Of a stretch of DNA of 64,000 nt, positions 8,056-17,829 are shown in pieces. The position numbers were made by a program, and so were the translations under genes. The number at the start of each line of letters is the position of its first letter. Position 1 is the first letter of the stretch. The notes under the pieces are model-generated. The model was given only the letters and a program-made list of their open reading frames with translations, ran no database searches and was not told the origin of the DNA. The DNA is taken from positions 524,967 to 588,966 of the forward strand of contig NIVC01000952.1 of assembly GCA_002269645.1 (NCBI GenBank), read 5' to 3'. Source of the stretch: Macrostomum lignano. Lineage: Eukaryota.

Positions 8056-10881
8056 CGGTGCTTCAGTCAAACTTGTCCAAGAGCTAAGAAGACAGTGAAT
8101 GCCATAATGCAAAGAACGACAACGGAAAGCGACAACAGTTTAGAACTAACAGAAACTGCACATTGTGAGGTTCAAGGGCAACCGACACTAGCAACGCGGC
8201 TATATCCATCGATTCCGACAACACCAACGGCACCAAGGATACAACCACCCAACTATCAAGCAGAACAGCACGAGCCAAAATGGCCGGAAAACTACGTCTG
8301 TACGCTACACGCCGAGATTGGCAAAGCAATGGCTCAGGTCATTGTCAACAACTTGCCATGTCGAGCACTACTGGATTCAGGCAGCTCGATCACAGTCATC
8401 TCGCAACAATTATGCAACAAGCTACGACTCGCGGTACGACCAGCAGCAATCGCAGTTGCAGGAGCAGGAGGACATTCACTCAACATCCTAGGAAAAGCAG
8501 ATATCGACTTGAAAATTGCTAATAAACAGCTGACGGTCCCGACGTACATCATCGACAGACTACCAAACCAAGACGTCATCGTTGGAATCGACACGTTCAA
8601 GCAGCTTCAACTACCATTGACCTTCGACTTCAACAAGCAAACGTTTAGGATCGACACGGTGGAGCAACCGCTGATCAACCAGATTCGAGTACTACCGAAA
8701 GTAACTCTGCAGCAAGATGTCATTATCCAGCCTGAAAGCGCATGCTGGGTCAGAGCGAAAACGACCAGCGCGGCAGATGAAGCAATGATATTTGATCCAC
8801 ACAGGAGAGTCACGGCAAAACATCAAATCATGATGCCTACGGCACTAGTGCTGGTTGCAAAGGATAAGCAACTGCCAGTACAAATCTTCAACCCGAACAC
8901 AGAAACGGTTCATCTACGACAAGGAATGTGCATCGGTCATCTCAACACCCAAGCATCGGTTATGCTGATTGAACAAGCGACTCCACGACTAACAGAGGAA
9001 GAATTTCAAAAGAAGATCAATTTGGATGACAGCCCGATTACGGAACAGCAAAAGAGGAAAGTTCGACAGCTGTTGTGGAAGTACAACGAAGCCTTCTGCC
9101 ATCATGATTACGACATCGGACGAGCCAAGGACATCAAACAGGAAATCAAACTTCTGCCGCACACGGAACCAATTCAGTGCAAGCCGTACCCGATCGCCAA
9201 GCATCTGCAACAACACTTTGACGAAATCATCGATAAAATGCTAAAGCACGGCATCATCAGCAAAGCTATTTCGGCTTACTCCTCACCGTGCCTACTGGTA
9301 CAGAAGAAGGAGACAAACGAAAGACGACTCGTATGCGACTTCAGACTGTTGAACAAGTACATACCGACGGATCAGCAAAGCCTACCGAAGATCTCCGAAC
9401 TACTAGCAAAGCTCAACACGGCAAAATTGTTCACGGTGTTCGACCTACGTCATGGATTTTGGCAAATTGAAATCGAGAAAGAGTCACGACAGTACACGGC
9501 TTTCAAAACCTACAATGGACAAGTATACGAGTACAATCGATCGCCGATGGGACTCAGCAACAGCCCAGCAACGATGAGCCGACTAACAGCATACATGCTT
9601 GCAGGATGCACGAACCTGTTGCACTATGTTGACGACATCTTGGCCCACGGAGAAGACTTCGAACGACTCTATGAAGCGACGGAGAAGGCCCTCGCGCTTA
9701 TACAACGTCAAGGTCTGAAGCTACAACCAACTAAATGCAAATTCTTCCGAGACAACGTGCGTTACCTGGGACATCAGGTGACAGCCAAAGGAATCTCACC
9801 GGACCCAGACAACGTGGAAAAGGTGAAGAAGTTTCCTACGCCAACCAGTATAACGAAGGTCCAATCATTCCTTGGACTTGCGCAATACTTCAGGAAGTTC
9901 TTACCTAACTTCGCAAAGACAGCAAAGCCACTGTACGACCTGCTCAAGTTCGACAAATGGAAGCAAGACAACTGGACACAGAGACAACAGGAAAGTTTCG
10001 ACGAAATCAAACGACAGCTGACATCAGACGCACTGCTACAGCATCCGGACTTCGACAAGCCCTTCATCATCGAGACAGACGCCTCAGGAACGGGACTCGG
10101 AGCAGTCCTACTACAGGAAACCGAGGACAAGAAGGAACGACCTATTGCTTACGTCAGTCGAGCACTCAAACCAAATGAGACAAAGTGGTCAGCTACGGAA
10201 CGAGAGCTACTAGGAGTCTTGTTCGCCCTGCGACAGTTTCATTACTACATCTATGGTTCTCCAATACAGACGATAGTACGCACGGATCATGCACCATTGA
10301 CCTACGTCGTAACTACAAAAGGACAGACCAACAACCGACTCATCAGGATGACACTCAAGATCCAGGATTACAACTACAAACTCGTCTACAAACCAGGAAT
10401 TACCAACAAAGCCGCGGACGCCCTGTCAAGAGCCTATGAAGTCAACGCCATTCATCCAATCCCTAACATCAAGGAGTTGGTGGATGAAACCGAGCGCGAC
10501 AACTTCTACCAAGCGGTTAAAGACGACGACAAGAACATCCAACTCAGCCCCATGGAACGAAAATTCCTACGCAAGCAACGACAACACCTAACAATCAATA
10601 AGTCACGGCTCTACTGGATGAGCGACAATAAACCCAAGATCTACGTACCATATTCGTTTCGGCAAGCAATCTCAACGAGCTGCACGACAACCCACTCGCT
10701 GGACACCTGTCGGCCGCAAAGACCATCGCGAGAGTGGAACAATACTACTTTTGGCCAACTATGTACGGCGACATCAAGCAGTATTGCAACAACTGCCATT
10801 CATGTGCTGCATCAAAGACAGGACGACGACAGAAACCGCAGCTACAGTCCATTCCGAAGTCGACTACAATGGACTGTCTAA
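6466..10881 (+). CDS. pol: Env C-terminal part fused in frame to Pol (aspartic protease, RT, RNase H)
   Basis: LLDSGS protease (D at 8374), YVDD RT (9625-9636), ETDASG...ELL...TDH RNase H, all in the same frame as the furin site and TM. Confidence 0.95.
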   Translation: MARTVEQNSILATRTHVSHAECLQWNQTLFSKDGQLEPDEKVGEAQLYRTKNSANGRYVHFSEAWTNYMTRNSYLIRNIPFYHNPFEKMESLQLQLSDCRYSKGWCPTPILRKEELHSLPLSPTYHQNYRWQIEHRAHSHYEEPYKSRQYFFAWEVEPEIDCKLQKYHTVEGGLLSNTFLAKAGDLALTFQKKPDEQELKCKNTDKTLFISEQEIPVYVKDGDKQTFLAIINGTYQQQERQRRDIERPRLVSNRLLSAKITALDHNLHNQLNHLHRSLVQLTCKMHAINLNYARQNYYVNPTMTFRKITGMREVLAIPIYGHLLIYKCTPIQHFNILPSNTSTTCYDKPRIEAFYEGKRIQGFLDTVHNIIVGTAIPRPCTTAANYYQLDNALHVIKTTGTTANVTEPEVIVDENYDMEDLKIRFNRTKYTPFADIQLDEITPGWTINDFLQAFITQRKMIHQLFTRKDKGTGTGRFPVLVSMDSAIKSFWTNSFWELLNGRGSLYQGFIFYGACIVWIVTAIFIISSIVRCFSQTCPRAKKTVNAIMQRTTTESDNSLELTETAHCEVQGQPTLATRLYPSIPTTPTAPRIQPPNYQAEQHEPKWPENYVCTLHAEIGKAMAQVIVNNLPCRALLDSGSSITVISQQLCNKLRLAVRPAAIAVAGAGGHSLNILGKADIDLKIANKQLTVPTYIIDRLPNQDVIVGIDTFKQLQLPLTFDFNKQTFRIDTVEQPLINQIRVLPKVTLQQDVIIQPESACWVRAKTTSAADEAMIFDPHRRVTAKHQIMMPTALVLVAKDKQLPVQIFNPNTETVHLRQGMCIGHLNTQASVMLIEQATPRLTEEEFQKKINLDDSPITEQQKRKVRQLLWKYNEAFCHHDYDIGRAKDIKQEIKLLPHTEPIQCKPYPIAKHLQQHFDEIIDKMLKHGIISKAISAYSSPCLLVQKKETNERRLVCDFRLLNKYIPTDQQSLPKISELLAKLNTAKLFTVFDLRHGFWQIEIEKESRQYTAFKTYNGQVYEYNRSPMGLSNSPATMSRLTAYMLAGCTNLLHYVDDILAHGEDFERLYEATEKALALIQRQGLKLQPTKCKFFRDNVRYLGHQVTAKGISPDPDNVEKVKKFPTPTSITKVQSFLGLAQYFRKFLPNFAKTAKPLYDLLKFDKWKQDNWTQRQQESFDEIKRQLTSDALLQHPDFDKPFIIETDASGTGLGAVLLQETEDKKERPIAYVSRALKPNETKWSATERELLGVLFALRQFHYYIYGSPIQTIVRTDHAPLTYVVTTKGQTNNRLIRMTLKIQDYNYKLVYKPGITNKAADALSRAYEVNAIHPIPNIKELVDETERDNFYQAVKDDDKNIQLSPMERKFLRKQRQHLTINKSRLYWMSDNKPKIYVPYSFRQAISTSCTTTHSLDTCRPQRPSREWNNTTFGQLCTATSSSIATTAIHVLHQRQDDDRNRSYSPFRSRLQWTV

Positions 10882-11835
10882 GCATCGACATCACCGGACC
10901 ACTGCCACCGAGCTGTCTCCAGGGCATCGCCTACACCTACATTCTAACCGCCTTGGATATCTTCTCGAAGTTTGCTATCGCCATACCGATACCGGACATC
11001 ACAGCTCAGGCAGTGGCAGTGAGTTTCTTCAACGAAATATTTGCAAGTACGGCACGCCGAAGAACCTCACATCGGACAACGGATCGCAGTTTACATCGCA
11101 ACTGTTTCAGCAAGTCGTAAGGATTCTCAACATTACGCAGATCTACACATCGACCTACAATCCGAAGGCAAACATGGTTGAACGGTTTCACCGCAACCTG
11201 CACGAGATGATTACACATTTCGCGCACCAACAGCCGGAAGACTGGATCATCTACCTGCAATCTGTAACAATGGCCTACAACAGCGCTATTCATCGATCAA
11301 CGGACAATACGCCATTCTTCCTAATGTTTGGACGAGACTTCCAACGCCGAATCTGCTCGCACAGCAATTGCTACCATCGCAGTACGTGGAAGTACCGACT
11401 TCCATTCAGAAATTCGTCACGCAACTACACCTCGCATGGAAGATCGCCAAGCACAACATTGACAACCAGGTGGCTCTGACCACCGGCAACGACGCGAGAT
11501 CGACAACCCTGACGGCCGGCGACATCGTTTACCTACACTACCCGCCGCAGCAGACGCATAAACATGCACAGAAGTATAAAGGACCCTATCGAGTGGTCCA
11601 ACTAACGTCACCGACAACGGCACGCCTGGCTAATGTACAAGATCCACATCAGCACCAGTTCTACGTACACATTCATCGACTAAAGAAGATCAACACTGAC
11701 ACCGCGACGTTTCTACCGACATTAGACAACGCTGATCGCACGCGTTCAACGAACCGCCACATCGCGACGAAGCACGAGGAGACTCAAACGACAGATGTGA
11801 GCCAGCCACATGGCTACAACCTACGACCACGCTAG
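10671..11835 (+). CDS. pol: Integrase (HHCC, DDE, GPY), broken by three single-base gaps
   Basis: LHDNPLAGH...CNNCHSC, SIDITGP, SDNGSQF, VERFHR, KGPYRV. Gaps at ~10671 (c/cc), ~11041 (ttt/tttt) and ~11343 (aa/aaa). Confidence 0.92.
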
Positions 11836-11955
11836 AGTTTCGAGAGCAACCCCGTGTAGTGACCGGGATAAAGAATAGCACTACAGCTTCGCAAGCTTGT
11901 CGTAAAAGGCGACTAATCCGAGCGACACAAAGACAGCGACAAATTGGCAACAATT

Positions 11956-12330
11956 ATGGGCAACGCACTGTCGAAACAGGCGCCCCAGCCTCAGCAGCTA
12001 TATGACTGCCCGATATGTTTAACTGATGACTTGGCTGTCAAGCCACCGACTATTTGCATCAACGAACATAAAGTTTGCGGACAATGTTTAAGCGATTCAC
12101 ATTATATTCAGCCATGGCAGAATTGTCCCCTCTGTAGAGATAGTTTGCGACAATGTGCCTATTGTTATTCTTGGCGCACGTTTCAATATTGTAACCACCA
12201 ACATTTTATTTGCATGCACTGTTTGAAGCAAACCGCTAGTAGGGGCGTTATAGGATGCCCCTTATGTAATAGTATGCCGCGAGACTGCACGTTTCGAAAG
12301 TGGTGTCGGATCAAACCTGATGCCACTTGA
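11956..12330 (+). CDS. Accessory protein with an N-myristoylation motif and two tandem C3HC4 RING-like fingers (124 aa)
   Basis: MGNALS...; CPIC-x12-C-x3-H-x2-C-x2-C-x12-CPLC; CAYC-x8-C-x3-H-x2-C-x2-C-x11-CPLC. It lies between the integrase stop and the PPT. Confidence 0.85.
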   Translation: MGNALSKQAPQPQQLYDCPICLTDDLAVKPPTICINEHKVCGQCLSDSHYIQPWQNCPLCRDSLRQCAYCYSWRTFQYCNHQHFICMHCLKQTASRGVIGCPLCNSMPRDCTFRKWCRIKPDAT

Positions 12331-12495
12331 TGTCTACGCGATATTCGAGTTTTGACCGCAATATGTACTGAAAAGTTTTTAGAGTTTTGACCAAACCCTC
12401 GCTTCACTAGACGCGCACAAAATCAATTGTTTATTTCCTATATTAACTGATCACCACAGAATTTTATTGTTAAAACTCGGGACGAGTTTTTTCGT

Positions 12496-12507
12496 AAAAA
12501 AGGGAGA
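12496..12507 (+). promoter_or_regulatory. Polypurine tract
   Basis: AAAAAAGGGAGA, 3 nt before the 3' LTR. Confidence 0.85.
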
Positions 12508-12510
12508 TTT

Positions 12511-13366
12511 TGTAGAGTGTTCTACCTCCCGTTAAAAAAGGAAAAAAGAAGATAATCGTATAATACTACTATAAGTAAGTAAGTACACGCATGTGCGCCT
12601 AAGCTTTGAATGAATCACGCTACCAGAAAAAGATGTTACCAGAATAATACGCCATGAGCCATTTTCCCCTTTTAGCGCAACACGTGAATTGTCATGATAC
12701 TATTTTGGATCAAAAACTTGTCTATAAATACAAGCGATCTGAAGCGGTACCGGAGCCATTCTCCCCACGGAAGAGGAGCGCTCCGAAGAGGAAGCCTTAG
12801 GAGGACTTCCTGATATACCAAGTCAATCGAGACTCGGTCGAGTTGTTGCGGTAAGCCTTCCTTATTTGCGCCGTTGTGTTAGAGACGTCTCGCTCAAGTC
12901 TATTGAGACTTGAGTCTATTTGAGTCTGTTGAGACTCTTGAGTCTGTTTAGACTCCATTGGTTGCAGTCTCCAGAAGGACTGCCCCTGATAGATCTTAGA
13001 GGACTATCTGTGGTTTCCGGAGCTATACCTAGAGTGCATAGAGGCACTGCTAGAAGAAGGAGGCTTAATTTAGACCGCAGTTTGGCGCAGGGATCCCACT
13101 GTTAATTCGGAAGCTTCCCATTGGTCCGAGCGACAGAATCCGGCCGGAACTATTTGAAGAAGAAAGAAGAATCGGACCCGATCTACAAACGAAAGTCAGA
13201 AGTGACTATACGAGAGCAACTGAAGACAATCGAGAACTACTCCGAGAGATCTCCAAAGGACTCAAGGTAATTGAATACCTTCTGTTGACTTACTGGGTTG
13301 CCTAGCTGCTGAGCTAGAAGTGATTGTTCCTTGATTATCGAAAGTCGGGTAATAAGGAACACATCA
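12511..13366 (+). repeat. 3' LTR (856 bp)
   Basis: Same sequence as 2782-3637, followed by TGCA. Confidence 0.97.
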
Positions 13367-13494
13367 TGCAGACCCTCGGCCTGGCAGGTCAGCAATTCGC
13401 TGCTGCAGGTCACAGGCCGGCCATCGCACTGTGCCTGGTGCAGCAGCAGGGGCACCGAGTTGCTCGACTCCCAATCGGGTGCTGTCAAGGAGAT
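13367..13494 (-). CDS. VWDE-like gene, last exon (5' part, interrupted by the LTR element)
   Basis: Acceptor ttgaacag|ATC. Reads ISLTAPDWESSNSVPLLLHQAQCDGRPVTCSSELLTCQAEGL, in frame with the upstream exon across an 87-nt GT-AG intron (13495-13581). Confidence 0.75.
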
Positions 13495-13581
13495 CTGTTC
13501 AAGTCAGGGGGTTGGTGAAATTTTATGTAAAAGCACTGAGATTGAAGGCTACCCGCAGTATTTATGCAAATGAGCACCCAC

Positions 13582-14664
13582 GTTAAGAAGCATATACATT
13601 CGAACGTCTTCGACCAGACTATCGTGCATGTCTTGCAGCTCGCACTTCACAATGTCTCCGCTGATGTAAGCAGACGGTGCCGAGTAATTGAGGCTGGAGT
13701 TCACATGAATGTCGCACACCGAGTCAGTGGACTTCAGCAACGGTTTCACTCTCAAGTAAACAGCCGTGCATCTGTCCGAGGCGCAGAAGATGTTCCGCTG
13801 CAGCAGCTCGACCTCTATGGGCATTTCGTCTCGTCTGGCGATCTCAAACTCGCAGCTGGGACCCCAGAACCCGTGGACACACGTGCATTCACCGCTAAAA
13901 CATTGGCCTCTACCTGAGCAGTTTGCTGGGCACAGATCATCGACCAGAGCTTCAATCTTGCTGGAGTTTCCCAACACCGCGGTTGCGTTGTATGTCATTT
14001 CAGTGTAGCACATGCCCAGCATCGAGTTGAACAGGGACTGTGTTGAGTCGAATGTTCCAAGCACAGTGGCGTACTGAGCACAAATCACTTTGAACTGACT
14101 AATGTAATCTGCTTGACCGGTGGGATCTTTCACTTGAGCACAGATCTCAGTGCTAACGGACTTGCTCAACTGAAGCTGCACGAACGTGTTGCAGAACTCA
14201 TCGGCCTCCTGCTGTGAAATTTCCCGAGTCTGAATCTGTCGTATGGGTTCGATTTGTGATTTCAATACCGTCTGTGCAGCTTCTCTTCTGTCTCGTCTTG
14301 TATTTTCAAGGGAAACAAAGCAATTGCTTCTGGTCATTTGGGCATCGTTGCAGGTGCAGATGCCAAGAATTTCGGTCGGCTGCATTCTGGAAAATTCGCA
14401 GACCTTCGGCATCTCGTAGAATGAGTGAAATAAACTTTTTGATGAATCTGCGATCGGCTCCCTTTGCGTTCCAAATATTAAACCATCGACTAAATTTTGT
14501 GTATCGTAAAATCCTGACACAATCATCAAATCCAAGGCAATACGATCGCCGATTTTGACCACGTACATGTATCCCTTGCAGGCCGAATCTGTTTCGAAGT
14601 TTCTCATACTTTCGCTATTCATGACAAAGCTATACAGACGGAGCTGCCCATCGAAAAGGCCCAA
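13582..14664 (-). CDS. VWD/EGF-domain (VWDE-like) extracellular protein, large exon; 5' boundary uncertain
   Basis: 371-aa ORF with a VWD-like segment (VKIGDRIALDLMIVSG...DGLIFG), a Cys-rich region and an EGF motif CPANCSGRGQCFSGECTCVHGFWGPSC. Donor AAC|gtgggt. Confidence 0.7.
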
Positions 14665-14902
14665 ACATGGAGAATAGTTCCATACAGATCGAACTGAACT
14701 TTCATTGCAGCTCCAACATTCTCTACCTTAACTCCAAATGGTAGTCAATCGGGCTTAATCGGAAGAGTTCGCTTCTGTTCACCTTTGGGTGGCAAATATT
14801 TAATTTTGGATAGTTCCTGAAGAGCTGCTACCACAAATTCGGATAATATAGTAGAAGTATCTTATTGCTATCTCAGTTGCATACCAGTTCTTGCCATCCA
14901 TC

Positions 14903-15297
14903 CTGTCCGTCAAAAGTTCCGGAACCCTTGCTACGATGTCTTCTAGCGGACATAATTTCAGTCCGTTTCAATTGTAACTTGATTCAAATGAAAGCTGCGG
15001 ATCTCAGCTCCATGATGTGGTCAAGAAAAAGTTTATTCGAAGGAGCGCGTGTGAAAAATGTGAACAGGCCAGTGTTTGTTCAATTGCTTGTTTGTCTTTT
15101 CCTCACTTTTTTTCTCTAACCTTTATGTACATAACACTGGCCTGTTCACACGCGCTCCTTCGAATAAACTTTTTCTTGACCACATCATGGAGCTGAGATC
15201 CGCAGCTTTCATTTGAATCAAGTTACAATTGAAACGGACTGAAATTATGTCCGCTAGAAGACATCGTAGCAAGGGTTCCGGAACTTTTGACGGACAG
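14903..15297. mobile_element. Foldback/MITE-like element with ~170-bp inverted arms
   Basis: 14903-15076 is the reverse complement of 15133-15297 apart from a 9-nt insertion in the left arm. Spacer is 56 nt; TSD not clear. Confidence 0.8.
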
Positions 15298-16489
15298 TAT
15301 ACATTCATCTGTATTTCGTATGGAAGCATCTTATGATATAGGAGAGTCTAATGACCATGGTGGATTTTGTCCTATAGCTCGGCTCAATTTCAGTTAAGAG
15401 GCCTCGAACTCGAACGAAATCAAATCGATAGTCGGAGGGATTCGAAGAGAGACGGATTCTAATCAAGCCACTAGCTTGCACTGTGACTAGGCCCAAATTC
15501 AAATGCACTGGAGCCGAAGATGCGCATACAGGCCCGGAGGTTTTATGTCTTTGCACTTAAATAAGCCCCGTATTTCCGCCCGCGATTGCACCCTAAAGCA
15601 GACTTGGGGGCTGGTATAGTTTGTGTCCACTGGAACAATTTTTGTCCTTGAGTAAGACACTTAGCTCTGCATTGCTTCAGTTCACCCAGCATTAGCTGGT
15701 TGGTTTAATTGGGTGTGTGCTTGGCGACCACCCAGTCCCTGGACTGAACAGCCGTACGAAGCCTTCAGATGCACCGCGCAATGGCTGGGGCTGAGCTGTC
15801 GGTTGCACTTACAAAGCCTCCAACAGCTCGTGGTGGCACTGAATCCGATCAAGAATTTTAAACTTTTGAGCCGGTTTAACGTCTGCACATGTTTTGCAGA
15901 TGGTCGTGGATTGCGTTTGCCTTATTGCAGTGTTCGTCCATCCTGGTGTACAGGTGACTATCAGTCTTACCGCTGGCTCTGCTTAGCAGGGTACGTGGAG
16001 GGAACTTTGCTTTTTAGGCGCGTTACAAAATTGGCTACTTTTAAGTTAGTATTGAAGCTATCATGAATGCGCATAAGATGGTATACGTCGTGAATTAGAA
16101 AATATATTATATCAAATAATCTAAATATACTAAATCTTCTACTATACTATTATACGAATTCATATAACTTACTCAATAGTGCATGCATTTAATAATGTAT
16201 TGATATAATAATAAAATTTCTAAAGTGAAGTAGCATCTGTAAACAGTTTTAGGACCTGAATATATGTATCAACTATATGGGGGGTTAATCCGCGGCTAAT
16301 CCGCTGTTAAGTCCGCGGTTAATCCACCGCCTGCGTTGGTAAAGCGCTCGCTCGATTCTAAACAAAACCAAAACAACGAAAAAGAATCGTTGGTAGCAAG
16401 GGAAGGGAAGGAAGCGCTAATTAAAGCTTAATAAATCGCAATCCATGCAGAAATTGCAGAAATAGTTCCAAATTGGAGGGATGCTGATC

Positions 16490-17596
16490 CAGGGCCGTAG
16501 CCAGAGGGGGGGCAAGGGGGGCCGTGGCCCCCCCAATCACCAACTCTGGCCTTGGCGCCCCCCCCCCTTAAAAGAAACTGGCGCCCCCCCACCCTAAAAG
16601 AAACTGGCGCCCCCCCCTAAAAGAAACTGGCGCCCCCCCCCCCCTTAAAGAAAGTGGCGCCCCCCTCTAAAAGAAAGTGGCGCCCCCCCCCCCTAAAAGA
16701 AACTGGCGCCCCCCTATAAGAAAGTGGCGCCCCCCCTAAAAGAAACTGGCGCCCCCCCCCCTAAAAGAAACTGGCGCCCCCCCCTAAAAGAAACTGGCGC
16801 CCCCCCCTAAAAGAAACTGGCGCCCCCCCTAAAAGAAACTGGCGCCCCCCCCCTTAAAGAAAGTGGCGCCCCCCTCTAAAAGAAAGTGGCGCCCCCCCCC
16901 CCCTAAAAGAAACTGGCGCCCCCCTATAAGAAAGTGGCGCCCCCCCTAAAAGAAACTGGCGCCCCCCCCTAAAAGAAACTGGCGCCCCCCCCTAAAAGAA
17001 ACTGGCGCCCCCCCCTAAAAGAAACTGGCGCCCCCCCCTAAAAGAAACTGGCGCCCCCCCCCTTAAAGAAAGTGGCGCCCCCCCTCTAAAAGAAAGTGGC
17101 GCCCCCCCCCTAAAAGAAACTGGCGCCCCCCTATAAGAAAGTGGCGCCCCCCCTAAAAGAAACTGGCGCCCCCCCCCTAAAAGAAACTGGCGCCCCCCCC
17201 TAAAAGAAACTGGCGCCCCCCCCCTAAAAGAAACTGGCGCCCCCCCCCCTAAAAGAAACTGGCGCCCCCCCCTTAAAGAAAGTGGCGCCCCCCCTCTAAA
17301 AGAAAGTGGCGCCCCCCCCTAAAAGAAACTGGCGCCCCCCTATAAGAAAGTGGCGCCCCCCCTAAAAGAAACTGGCGCGCCCCTATAAGAAACTGGCGCC
17401 CCCCCCTATAAGAAACTGGCGCCCCCCCCCCCCTATAAGAAACTGGCGCCCCCCCCCCCTAAAAGAAACTGGCGCCCCCCCCCCCTATAAGAAACTGGCG
17501 CCCCCCCCCTAAAAGAAACTGGCGCCCTCCTATAAGAAGCTGGCGCCCCCTAACTCACGCCCCCCCCCCCAATCAAAATTCCTGGCTACGCCCCTG
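16490..17596. mobile_element. Non-autonomous hAT element filled with a ~23-25-bp tandem array
   Basis: TIRs CAGGGCCGTAGCCAG / CTGGCTACGCCCCTG (14/15); 8-bp TSD TGCTGATC at 16482-16489 and 17597-17604; internal unit TAAAAGAAACTGGCG(C)n. Confidence 0.9.
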
Positions 17597-17829
17597 TGCT
17601 GATCTCTCGGTGAAACTCACTAGAAGTTTAAGCGTCACGTACCATGGCGCTCCTGAAGCCTTTAATGATTTATCTGTAACCAACATGCCCCTAAAGTAGC
17701 CTCAGACTCAGCAGATTATTTTGAGAATTTCGGGTAGGCATTTTACTCAGTCTAATTATCCAAGCTGCAACTTGTGATAAGGATTGGTTGGAGGCCAATG
17801 ATACCAGCCGGACATCGGCAACCATCACG

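Larger units (their letters stand above)
2782..13366 (+). mobile_element. Full-length Ty3/Gypsy-type LTR retroelement with gag-env-pol order plus a RING accessory ORF
   Basis: Direct 856-bp LTRs (TG...CA) offset by 9729 bp; TGCA TSD at 2778-2781 and 13367-13370; PBS and PPT; PR-RT-RH-IN domain order as in Gypsy. Confidence 0.97.

Noticed and set aside
15305-16066. Further VWDE exons (VCASSAPVH resembles the VWD start)
   Set aside because: Weak similarity and no consistent splice path.
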